The notes under the pieces: model-generated
Database searches by the model: none
The model's input: only the letters and a program-made list of their open reading frames with translations
Told to the model about the DNA's origin: nothing
Made by a program: the position numbers and the translations under genes
DNA from: a virus
Length of the DNA: 64,000 nt
Reading direction: 5' to 3' (one strand)
IMG/VR virus record: IMGVR_UViG_3300021364_000001
Span: 96,001 to 160,000 of that record
Shown: positions 46,207 to 55,800 of the stretch, piece by piece
Numbering within the stretch: the stretch's first letter is position 1
How the letters are laid out: each line of letters begins with the position of its first letter

Positions 46207-46703
46207 ATTTTCTCCATGGCAAGTTTTAGTTCGCGTGAGTGTTCTAGTTCATCGTTCAGGATCTCTAAGATCTTTTCGTCATGCCCATTCAAAGCAAGAT
46301 ACTTTGCATAAGTCTCTGCTGCATGAATCTCTACTTCATAGGACAGATGGTAAGCAAGGCGAGGAGCCAACCAATAATAAACCACGTTGCTCCAATAGTA
46401 GATAAGAACGAGGTGCTTGGCAACAAAGCGATCAACAAAATAAGCATTACCGCCCCGACTTTCCATGTATTCCAGATGTTCTGTTTCATTGACTGACTGT
46501 GCAAAGTGTTCTTTCATCAGATAAAGGTGCTCGGGACCACGTAATCCCATGCTCTCCCTGAAATGCAATACACTCAAAAATGCAAAATAGGGTGCCCGAG
46601 CAATTTCTTCGAGCACCCAAAAACGTTGATAGTCTCGACCTTTATACAGGAAGTCGAGTATGGCGACGGTCCAATTAAGTACCAGGCAGTTTAAGTTCTC
46701 CAT
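46203..46703 (-). CDS. ptoX: Plastoquinol terminal oxidase
   Basis: RFWVLEEIARAPYF, NETEH, EVEIHA, DELEH di-iron motifs. Confidence 0.93.
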   Translation of the reverse strand: MENLNCLVLNWTVAILDFLYKGRDYQRFWVLEEIARAPYFAFLSVLHFRESMGLRGPEHLYLMKEHFAQSVNETEHLEYMESRGGNAYFVDRFVAKHLVLIYYWSNVVYYWLAPRLAYHLSYEVEIHAAETYAKYLALNGHDEKILEILNDELEHSRELKLAMEKI

Positions 46704-46956
46704 CTTGGGGAAAATCTTTGTCTAACATATCTAGGCGATCTACCCATGTTTGACCCCCCTCTTGCCCTTTACATGGGTTAATACAGTCAGCGTTCCCTAA
46801 CTTGTTGCAGACCAGACCAGCAAGATCCAGTTCACTTCCTTTGTTGCCAGTGCCAGACCAGATGTGCTGTCCATTGATCCAGACTGCACCACAGTGGGCA
46901 CATTCCTTCCTACTTAAAGATAAGTCTGATAACTCTCTTCCTGACTCACTCTCCAT
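46675..46956 (-). CDS. Cys-rich hypothetical protein
   Basis: CAHC...C...CINPC. Confidence 0.75.
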   Translation of the reverse strand: MESESGRELSDLSLSRKECAHCGAVWINGQHIWSGTGNKGSELDLAGLVCNKLGNADCINPCKGQEGGQTWVDRLDMLDKDFPQDGELKLPGT

Positions 46957-47173
46957 GGTTGATCTCCTTGATTAGATTTTTGTACTCCGCTGTCTCTTTA
47001 AGAAGTTGATACTTCAACTTTCTTGCCATCAGGTACATCCTAAACCTAATCCAAGCGTAACGTAAGGATAAGTCTAGATACGCGAAAACTCTCATGGTCC
47101 CCTCCCAACCAGCATAGTAAACCATGCCAACCAGGATGAGGACCATCAGATAGAATGCAAGCATTGGTATCAT
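46946..47173 (-). CDS. Small membrane protein
   Basis: N-terminal TM; TAAATA motifs at 47196-47201 and 47226-47231. Confidence 0.7.
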   Translation of the reverse strand: MIPMLAFYLMVLILVGMVYYAGWEGTMRVFAYLDLSLRYAWIRFRMYLMARKLKYQLLKETAEYKNLIKEINHGE

Positions 47174-47249
47174 GCGGATACTCCAAGTATACCACTATTT
47201 ACCAATTTGAGACATTCATAAGACTTATTTAAGACATCAGTAGGAATGA

Positions 47250-47726
47250 TTAACACTTCCACTTTCTTAGGGCGAGTGCCTTACGAGTGGGTTCACCATT
47301 GGGTTTCTTCATAGGACCTTTCACACCACCCATACGGGCACAGAAGGATCTCTTACGAGGACCGCCTTCTGGTTGTGGTGCTTTGAGATCAGAACCAGGG
47401 TTCTCACGCTCGTAGGACTTACGTCCTTTTTCATTCAGACCACCAGTCTTGTTCTTACCTTCTTTACGTTGCCAAGCACTTTCTTTCATGTGCATATCCT
47501 GAGACTGATCCTTCTTCTGTACTGCCTTCATTTGCAGTTGCAGTTTCTGACGGTTCAGTTGAAGTTGGCGACGTTGAAGTTGCTGTTTCTTATTAGCGAC
47601 AGCATCTTCTTTCAGTGCCGCCTTCTCTTCGCATGTCTTCTCGACACACATCTGACACTTGTTGCAATACTTCTTGCCCTCAGGGCAGTTGTTTGCTTCG
47701 TTTAGGTATTCCTTGAAACTAATCAT
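47250..47726 (-). CDS. Basic multi-module protein
   Basis: SFKEYLNE start, Cys cluster, Gln-rich coil, AWQRKEGKN...SFCARM...KWKC. Confidence 0.8.
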   Translation of the reverse strand: MISFKEYLNEANNCPEGKKYCNKCQMCVEKTCEEKAALKEDAVANKKQQLQRRQLQLNRQKLQLQMKAVQKKDQSQDMHMKESAWQRKEGKNKTGGLNEKGRKSYERENPGSDLKAPQPEGGPRKRSFCARMGGVKGPMKKPNGEPTRKALALRKWKC

Positions 47727-47851
47727 CTTGGTTTCTTGGGGCAGTTTTCTTCATGCTTTTCGATCCATGCCCTAGGACGCCAGTGCCCTTTGGGGGAGGT
47801 CAGACCGCAGTGCTGACACTTCCAAGTTCCGTTGCTCTGTTGTTCAGCCAT
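47723..47851 (-). CDS. 42-aa putative zinc-finger peptide (MAEQQSNGTWKCQHCG...HEENCPK)
   Basis: Hand-translated; CxxC...H...C; overlaps both neighbours. Confidence 0.65.
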   Translation of the reverse strand: MAEQQSNGTWKCQHCGLTSPKGHWRPRAWIEKHEENCPKKPR

Positions 47852-49172
47852 AATGGAAAGATCCCTTGTTAGTTTTCTTAGGCAGTTTCTTGCTTCTCAC
47901 CTTGGTTCCAGATGTTTCACCGTACCCTTCGGGATGCTTACCTGCTTTGGTTTTACCGATAGAGTCGGACTTAGCCTTACTACCCTTCTCAGTGTAGTGT
48001 AGTTTAGCAGATTTGTCCTTATCTTTGGTAATGACGGATTCTTGTCCATGCTTGCGACCGAGACGACGCATCACTTTGCCGAAACGACGCTTGGACATCT
48101 TATCAGGTTTTGAAGTCTGATAGGATACCTCACGACCAGTTTCGCCACTACCATACTTATACTCACCGACACCTTTCTTATGACCGATGCCATGCTTTTT
48201 GAGATCCTTCTCTAAGTTCTTGCGACCTTCCTTGTTCTTCTTCTCATCAGAACCACGGTCAGCAGAGATATGACCAGTAACCTGGGTGTTAGACTTGTGC
48301 ATCATACGACCAGTGCGGTTACCCTCTTCGAGGAAACTCTTGAAGGACTTACCTTCCTTTCTCAGACCCAACTTACCTAACAAAGATTTCTTCTTAGGTT
48401 TAGCGGACAGAGAAGAACCTCCCTTCTGGCGCTTGGCATAGTCCATGTAAGACTCACCAGGACGCAGTTTCTTGGGGTCAGACTTGGGTTTAGATGCAGC
48501 AGCACGATCCTCGCGAGCACGTTGGTTAGCACCAGGACCACCCAACTTCTTATCTTTCTCAGGATCGGGATGCCAGAAGTCACCACGCTCAGCGATCACT
48601 TCTTCTTTTGCCAACTTTGCTTTACGCTTTGCCTTGGTCTTGGCAAGGATTCTTGCACGAGCATCATCTTGTTCCTTCTTAGGAATAGCAGTGACAGCAC
48701 CAACTTTCTGGTCAACGTCACCAGGTGCATAACCTTCATTCTTTTTCTTAGAAGTATCCATAATGGCACCTTTGCCATGCTTCTTACGGATCTCTGCTTT
48801 CACAATGTCAAGAGCAGAGGCACCTTTGCCGTGCTTCTTCTCCATATCTTTTTGGAGTTGAGTCTTGCCAGGTTTGATACCTAACTCTGCATTGGTTGCT
48901 TTTCTAGCAGGAGGGCGATCGTAACGTTTGTTTCCACCAACACCACCACGTTCCATACGACGATCTTTCATGCGATCGTAGTCTTCCTCGTTGATAAATT
49001 CTTCTTTCTTCATTGGTAAACCTTTGTGTTTGGTAGAAGCAAAATCTTTTACTGCTTTTTTCTTCATGCTGGCAGCAACTTCGGCAACCTCAGGCGATGA
49101 CGCCCCCTCACCTTTCTGAGCAGCTCGGACCATCCCGAAAAATCTTTGTTGTTTTTTAGAGACGGCAGGCAT
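47844..49172 (-). CDS. Lys-rich multi-module protein (putative internal head protein)
   Basis: 442 aa, very K/R/G-rich, with modules separated by short Glu motifs. Confidence 0.82.
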   Translation of the reverse strand: MPAVSKKQQRFFGMVRAAQKGEGASSPEVAEVAASMKKKAVKDFASTKHKGLPMKKEEFINEEDYDRMKDRRMERGGVGGNKRYDRPPARKATNAELGIKPGKTQLQKDMEKKHGKGASALDIVKAEIRKKHGKGAIMDTSKKKNEGYAPGDVDQKVGAVTAIPKKEQDDARARILAKTKAKRKAKLAKEEVIAERGDFWHPDPEKDKKLGGPGANQRAREDRAAASKPKSDPKKLRPGESYMDYAKRQKGGSSLSAKPKKKSLLGKLGLRKEGKSFKSFLEEGNRTGRMMHKSNTQVTGHISADRGSDEKKNKEGRKNLEKDLKKHGIGHKKGVGEYKYGSGETGREVSYQTSKPDKMSKRRFGKVMRRLGRKHGQESVITKDKDKSAKLHYTEKGSKAKSDSIGKTKAGKHPEGYGETSGTKVRSKKLPKKTNKGSFHYG

Positions 49173-49176
49173 GTTA

Positions 49177-49719
49177 TCAACCCGATACTTGGACTTCGTT
49201 GATATACATGTTCATGCCATTAGTGCTATCACCCTTTGCCTGAATCTTGATGCTGTTAGCAACAGTAGCGGCACCTGCAAAAGCAGCACTAGCAGACTGG
49301 TCGGAGTCAATGGTGATAGTTGTGCTAGTTACAGCAGTAACCTCAACATGAGTTACGTTGTAAGCAGCAGTATCACCACCTGTGAGAGTAACGTAATCAC
49401 CAACCACAAAAGGATGAGCGGGAGTGCCACCGCCACCAACAGTCAGGACACAAGGACTAGCAGCAGTAGCAGCAATGATGTTTGCTCTTTTGGGTTTGGC
49501 AAGTTTGAAGATTTCAGCACCATTGACGGGCATATGGACTACCTGATCCGTCGTTACATCAGGAGCACCACCCCATGCAAAGTGATTGCTATGTGCATCA
49601 GCATTGATAAATCTGTAATATCCAGTTTGCACTGAATATGCAGCAGTTGTTTGGGGATCGTCACTATTATCAGTGAGACTACCCAAATCCTGCACGGGTG
49701 TGGTTACATTCGATGACAT
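49177..49719 (-). CDS. Putative virion structural protein (beta-rich)
   Basis: T/A/V-rich; HPFVVGDYVTLTG module; TAAATA at 49744-49749 upstream. Confidence 0.78.
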   Translation of the reverse strand: MSSNVTTPVQDLGSLTDNSDDPQTTAAYSVQTGYYRFINADAHSNHFAWGGAPDVTTDQVVHMPVNGAEIFKLAKPKRANIIAATAASPCVLTVGGGGTPAHPFVVGDYVTLTGGDTAAYNVTHVEVTAVTSTTITIDSDQSASAAFAGAATVANSIKIQAKGDSTNGMNMYINEVQVSG

Positions 49720-49742
49720 GGTAATTGATTACTCCTACTATG

Positions 49743-50189
49743 TTATTTATCTTGTTGTTGTTTTAGGAACTTAGCGAGATCCGCTGTACTACCAACAAAC
49801 ATAGTGTTGTTTGTGGTGTTGACTTCCTTGGTAGATCCTTTTGGATTCTCAATGTCGGCAACTTTCTTTTGAAGATCGACCAGTTTGTCAGCAACGTCAC
49901 CGACGTGCTTGATTAACTGACCAGCAACCTCATATGCACGGGGTTGATCAGACTCCTGTGCTAGTTCGAGGATGCCATCAACTGCTTCCTGTCCTTTCTC
50001 GATCAGTGAATATAGATTCCCACGAGTATACTCATAGTCTTTCTTTAACTGCTCCTTTGTAGCAGTCGTATCAACGATCTCAGTTTTAGGTGTTTCGGAT
50101 TTGACGATTTCAGTAGATACATCGAGTGCTTCCCCGATGCCATCAAACTTACTCGTCAACTCCTGTTGTGGGGTTTCGGGAGAGTCCAT
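49743..50189 (-). CDS. gp16: Terminase small subunit, gp16
   Basis: DYEYTRGNL, PRAYEV, NNTMFVGSTADL. Start uncertain. Confidence 0.9.
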   Translation of the reverse strand: MDSPETPQQELTSKFDGIGEALDVSTEIVKSETPKTEIVDTTATKEQLKKDYEYTRGNLYSLIEKGQEAVDGILELAQESDQPRAYEVAGQLIKHVGDVADKLVDLQKKVADIENPKGSTKEVNTTNNTMFVGSTADLAKFLKQQQDK

Positions 50190-51192
50190 CTGTAAATTCA
50201 CTGTAAAGTTCATTGAAACCGAAGTTGTCATCACTATCAACAAAGGTATGGTCTACCTCGTTGATCTTATGCACAGCAGCACCATTCAAGTGTGATGCTT
50301 CGGTTGTGTTGTTCCATGCACGAGTCACGTACAACTTGTTGCCATCGATCTTCGAGATACGCATGACTTCACTATCAATCTGGATGTTAGTATTGGTAGT
50401 GAATGCAGATGCGTCTGCTACGTTGATGATGCCATCGTTGTCGTCCATTGCAGCGGACAATGTTGTCGTTGCATCGGAGTTCCTGTCGGTAAGAGAGGTA
50501 GGTGTAACTTGGTAACGTACCTCTCTCGGTGCAGTCTTGACTGCATCGGTGGCATAATCCACGATGACCTTCTTGATCTCTTCGCCACTCTTGTCCTGAA
50601 CAGGACCATACAGGAATGTCTTTGCCGTAAACTGCAATGTGTAGATCAGGGTACGACGTGTGTCATAGTCGCCTTCATACTGATCGTCATACTGAATGTC
50701 AGTAAGCGTTACGGGATAGTCTCTCTTCTCACCCAGGTCAGGCACCAGGTTCATAGTGATGTTGAAACTTGGTTGGAAGAATGGTAGAATCTGCTCAATA
50801 ATTTGCAGAGCGTCATCTTGGTTCTTACTCAGAATAGCAAGTTCAAAGTTGATGTTGTAAGGGATCGGCATGAATCCCTTCATCAGGGAACCATCTGCTT
50901 TCGTATTTCTGATATACTGCGTGGGCGATACCTTACGAGTAGGATCATAGGTGATCGCTTGAATCTCAAATGACAATCTAGGTAGAGTAATCTGCACCTG
51001 ATCCTTGGTAGACAGATCACCAACTTGACGCAGACGTGCCAAGAACTTGTCCTTAGGACCATATGCCAGAGGCACCTTCATCACTTCCGTCTTGCTGCCC
51101 TGAGAGCGACGGATTTCGATGTTGTTGAATAGTGTGCCGAAGCCCACCACGGTCTTCTTGATAATACCGTGATATGAGTATGTTCCTAACAT
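50149..51192 (-). CDS. gp15: Tail sheath stabiliser gp15 with an inserted domain
   Basis: FGTLFNNI, VPLAYGPK, LPRLSFE, EQILPFFQP, YEGDY. Confidence 0.93.
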   Translation of the reverse strand: MLGTYSYHGIIKKTVVGFGTLFNNIEIRRSQGSKTEVMKVPLAYGPKDKFLARLRQVGDLSTKDQVQITLPRLSFEIQAITYDPTRKVSPTQYIRNTKADGSLMKGFMPIPYNINFELAILSKNQDDALQIIEQILPFFQPSFNITMNLVPDLGEKRDYPVTLTDIQYDDQYEGDYDTRRTLIYTLQFTAKTFLYGPVQDKSGEEIKKVIVDYATDAVKTAPREVRYQVTPTSLTDRNSDATTTLSAAMDDNDGIINVADASAFTTNTNIQIDSEVMRISKIDGNKLYVTRAWNNTTEASHLNGAAVHKINEVDHTFVDSDDNFGFNELYSEFTDGLSRNPTTGVDE

Positions 51193-52067
51193 TAGATAGT
51201 GCTCCCTTTATTGCCATACTCACCGAACGGATTAGACTGTGTGAAGTCTATAATTTCATCCGCATCGTATTCAATGGCAAAGTTTTGATCGTATTCTGAG
51301 TTCAAATTATTTATAGTATTATAAGTAAACGTTGACCAGACAGCAGAACTTGTGTCTCCTGTCATAGTCTCGCCAGAGGAGAATCTACCACTACGGTTGA
51401 TGACGATAAGAGTCCTAGTGGTGGCATCCCAGGACTTAACTTCGGCAGTTGTATTCGTGGTTCCACCAGTAACGATTTCACCAACTGTAAATGTTCCACT
51501 ACCACCTTCTGCCATGACCACACCCACAGCGTTGGCAAAATTAGTTTCAATAGCATCCACTTCTGCCACGCCAGTATCAAAGTCTTCGTCGCTGTACTCG
51601 AACAGTTCGCAGCGCAGACCCCAGGTGTAGATCTTCCCCAACTGGAAGAAAGGTTGTTCGTGCTCTACATACTGGATCTGGAATGTCTTACCCACCATAG
51701 GGAAGTGAATCAGATCTCCTTCATTAGGACGACCCTCTACAATGAGAGTAGCATTGTCATCTACTGCTGCTGTGAAGCGTCGCTTGGATAGTATGAAGGT
51801 AACCTGATCTTGAATTCTGACACCAAACTTTGAGAAAATATCGCCATCACCCCTAAAACCACCAGCATCTTCAAGATAGACTTCCACTTCAAAGGCACCT
51901 GTGTATTTTGACAAGGTGTCTTCTCCGAAGACGCTATCTTCCTTGACGAGCGTTCTTGGAATGTAATAGACGTTCTTGCCGAACATCTTAATTTGCTCAT
52001 CGACGAGATCCTGCACGAGATCTTGCTCGCCCGTTGTACCCTGGGTGAAGAAACTGTTAAGTGCCAT
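51192..52067 (-). CDS. gp14: Neck protein gp14
   Basis: EQIKMFG..VYYIPR, FSKFG, PNEGDLI, VEHEQPFFQLG, NPFG. Confidence 0.93.
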   Translation of the reverse strand: MALNSFFTQGTTGEQDLVQDLVDEQIKMFGKNVYYIPRTLVKEDSVFGEDTLSKYTGAFEVEVYLEDAGGFRGDGDIFSKFGVRIQDQVTFILSKRRFTAAVDDNATLIVEGRPNEGDLIHFPMVGKTFQIQYVEHEQPFFQLGKIYTWGLRCELFEYSDEDFDTGVAEVDAIETNFANAVGVVMAEGGSGTFTVGEIVTGGTTNTTAEVKSWDATTRTLIVINRSGRFSSGETMTGDTSSAVWSTFTYNTINNLNSEYDQNFAIEYDADEIIDFTQSNPFGEYGNKGSTI

Positions 52068-52068
52068 A

Positions 52069-52869
52069 TCATCCGATCATGTCTAGGGGTGGGGTTTCCC
52101 AAGTGGTACGCAGTTGTTCGTCGAGTATCTTTAATTCTTCGACAGCATCGTTATAGATCATCTCTCCATTGAGAGTGACACCACCTGGCATTTGTACATT
52201 CTGGAACTTGGTCAGGTTCTGACCCCACTGCTTCTTGATCTTGGCAGTGGCGTAATCCTTCAACCACATCTGGTTATAGATCTCTGTCCATGTGGTAGGA
52301 TCGAGAGCACGATAGCATTTGATAATGATGTACTGATCTTCCAGAGCATCCTCAGACCAGTCGAAGTCCAGATAAACTTTGTTCTGCACCTGTTGGTATC
52401 TAATCGGTTTCATACCTTCTAGGATGAAATCGATACTTTCCAGGTGTTGTTGAATCATGTAGTAGTGATAGAACTGTGTGGACGTAAAGTCGTACAGATC
52501 ATTCAGTCGCATTTGATAGCGAATGTCAAACATGTTACGAGTACCTTTGTCGGTAAACGTAAAGATACCTTCCACAGAAGTCACATGATCAGGCACCGAC
52601 AAGAACGTACTCTGCTCCAACCACTGTGTCGTTCCATCCTTACCTAGACTACTGACGTTAGTCTTACCTGCCTGAATATCAGCAGCAGTGAAGAGGTGTT
52701 TCAAATAAACACGCTCGGCACCTTCGTAGTGATAGGTCTGGAACTTTTGAATAGCATAGTCGATGGCATCATCACATTGGTCATCGGATACATTGACCTC
52801 CAAGACTGGTTTGCCCAGCCTACGGAGGCAGTATTCTTTTAGTTCTGCCTTAGAAGTTGGAATTGCCAT
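52069..52869 (-). CDS. gp13: Neck protein gp13
   Basis: YCLRRLGKPV, WLKDYATAKIKKQWG.NL.KF, LPGG-like MPGGVTLNG. Confidence 0.93.
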   Translation of the reverse strand: MAIPTSKAELKEYCLRRLGKPVLEVNVSDDQCDDAIDYAIQKFQTYHYEGAERVYLKHLFTAADIQAGKTNVSSLGKDGTTQWLEQSTFLSVPDHVTSVEGIFTFTDKGTRNMFDIRYQMRLNDLYDFTSTQFYHYYMIQQHLESIDFILEGMKPIRYQQVQNKVYLDFDWSEDALEDQYIIIKCYRALDPTTWTEIYNQMWLKDYATAKIKKQWGQNLTKFQNVQMPGGVTLNGEMIYNDAVEELKILDEQLRTTWETPPLDMIG

Positions 52870-52875
52870 TAGTTA

Positions 52876-55800
52876 TCAGCGAGTGAGTGCGGCGAGAGCA
52901 GCTTTGAGTTGAGTAACAGTAGTGATTGAAACATCAGTACCGATGTTATTCAGAGCGGTATAGAGGTCATCAATGTCACCATCATTAGTATCAGCAGTGG
53001 TGCCCTGAGCAGCAGTTGCATATGCAGTGCTGTTTGTAGTAGCAGCAGTACCCAAACCAAGAGTGGTGCGAGCAGTTGCCGCATCAGCATCATCAATCAG
53101 AGTGCCACCGAAGGTGCTAATTGTGGGTGTACCAGTCAGATCGCTATAAGCACCTGAGGTAGCAACAGTTGCCAGATCTCCTGGTTGAACAGCAGAATCT
53201 GCAAGTGTACCCTGAGCAGCAGTTGCATATGCAGTGCTGTCAGTTGCAGCGGCAGTACCCAGAGTAGGTTTGCCAGTCAGATCTGCATAGGCACCAGAGA
53301 AGAGTGTCGGCAGACCAGACAAGTCAGAATAAGCACCAGTGGTTGCAACGGTTGCAAGGTCAGCAGGTTGGATGGCAGTGTCTGCCAGTGCGCCTTGTGC
53401 AGCAGTTGCATAGTCAGTCGAAGCAGTTGCAGCAGCAGTGCCCAGTGTGGGCAGACCAGACAGGTCGCTGTAAGCGCCTGTGGTAGCAACGTTAGCGAGA
53501 GATGTGGTAAGTGCTCTTGCCTCAACAGCAGTCTCCAACTCACCCAGAGCACCCTTGATGGTGTTGTTGTCAGAGATGGTGCTGCCACCAAATGCTGCCA
53601 GGTGGGTAGCACCGTTAGCACGACCTGTCAACGTGATCAGATCATCAACATTCAGATCAGACTGACTGATGCTAAATTCACCCGTGGAGGCGTTATAGTT
53701 GAGATCACCACCAGCACTCAGGTGTCCGCGAGTTCTAGCGGCAGTGATGAACAGGTTGGTAGAACCCTCAGTGATGTTGTCAGTATTGATGTCACTTTGA
53801 ACAACAGACAGAGTATTGGTAACCAGTTGAATACCAGTACCATAGGTGAAGTGCGACTGGGTACGTGCTTGTGTGGTGAACAGGTTAGTGACACCCTCAG
53901 TCAGGTCATCGGTGTTGATCTCACCGAAGTCAACTGCCAGAGACAGCAGGTTGCCAGCATCATTGTACGTTGCCGAAATACCTGTGCCGCCATCAATCAG
54001 TGCAGCAACACGATCATCAACTCTCTCATCAGTGAAGTAGAGGTTGGTGACGCCTTCTGCCAGAGCATCAGTATCGTGGTTGCTGATATCACCAACCTGC
54101 GATTGACCATAGGTGATGTTACCAGTGATGGTCAAGTTACCAGCAATCTCAAAGTCAGTAGTAGACTTGAAGTTAGCAACCGTCAGTCTGTTCTCGAAAG
54201 GATTGTAGGTAAGGTTAGTAGAGTCAGTACGAATCTCAGTGTATCCAGTGGTCGCAGAAACGAATGTAGGATAGTAAGTAAGGTTAGAAGTTGTGGTATC
54301 GGTGACATCAGCAAGATCCGATTTGTCAGCAGTACCAGTCAGGTCGCCAGTTACGTTACCAGTGATCTGTCCAGTGACACCCAGAGTTCCACCGATGGTG
54401 GAGTTGTTGGTGACTGCAAGAGTTCCAAGAGTTGCAGTGCCAGTGATCTCTGCATTACCAGTGGTGGAGTGCAGGGTGATCTTGTCGGTAGCAGAACCAT
54501 TTTGCAGGATCAGAGTCTTAGAAGCACCACGCAGGATGATATTATCCTTGAAGAGTGATGTGCTGTTCTGAGTCAAAGCAGCGTTCAGTGTGGTAGCACC
54601 ATCAACGTTGAGTGTGCTATCAAAGTCAACTGCACCAGTGACGTTAAACACGTCATCGATGATTGTGCCACCGCTGACATTCAAAGTACCTTGAATGTTG
54701 GTATTACCAGAAGCAGCAACCACAGTGAAGTTAGTTGTGCCAACACTAAACGTACCACCGATGTTCGTAGCACCAGTAGTGCTGATAGTGGAGGTGTTGA
54801 GAGTTGTAAGTGTGGTTGTACCAGTGACGCCGAGTGTGCCACCGATAGTAGAATTACCTGTTGTGCCATCCAGTGTGATGGTAGTGGCATTGTTAGCGCC
54901 CAGGAACAGGTTCTGACCGATGTATACATCCTCAGCGACGGTCATACCACCGTTGGGGATCATGATCGGAGCATCATCTGACAGTCTGTCAGGGTTCTCA
55001 TTCTTGGAGAACTCAACACGACCACGGAATTCCTGATTACCTTTTTGGACAACGTTACCATCTACCTCAAAGTCACCATAGACCTTGAAGTCTTCGCCAA
55101 CTGCCAGATCTCTGGCGATTGAAACACCACCAGATACTCTCAGGGCACCATCATTAATGTCAAAGTTACTACCAGTAGATGCGTTATCTGTATTAGTGAT
55201 AGTGGTTATGCCATCCACATTCAATGTGCTATCAAAGTCAACAGCACCAGTGACGTTCAGTGTGTCGTCGATGACAGAAGCACCATTGACATTTAGAGTT
55301 CCGTCAATCAGTGTGTTGCCAGTGCTAGAAGCAACAGTGAAGACGTTGACAGCAGAACCATTCTGAATAGCGAAGGTTCTAGCAGCGACGTTCATCGTCA
55401 CGTTTTCGGTGAAGACCGAAGCAGCGGCAACGTCGAGTGTTCCAGCAACAGTCAGGTTGTCATCAACCACAACCTCGCCAGTAGCAGAGTCAAGAGTCAG
55501 GTTACCAGAGACTGTACTGATTTCACTATTGCTGTCAACAGCAATTTTGATGTTATCTGCTGTAATATCAGTAGAAGTAATCGCCTGGTTGAATGTAACT
55601 GCACCATTTACTGTATGAGTATCAGTGCCAGCATTACCAAGAGTGGCATTGCCGTTGACTGTCAAGTTGTTAGAGACAGTTGCGTTGGCAGTAATGCTTA
55701 CAGAGTTATTGGACGAGTCGAGGACTAGCGTTCCGCCGTTTGCAAAGATCGCTCTGGACCCACTGGTAGTACCAAGACGCAAGTCATTGACATGGATACC

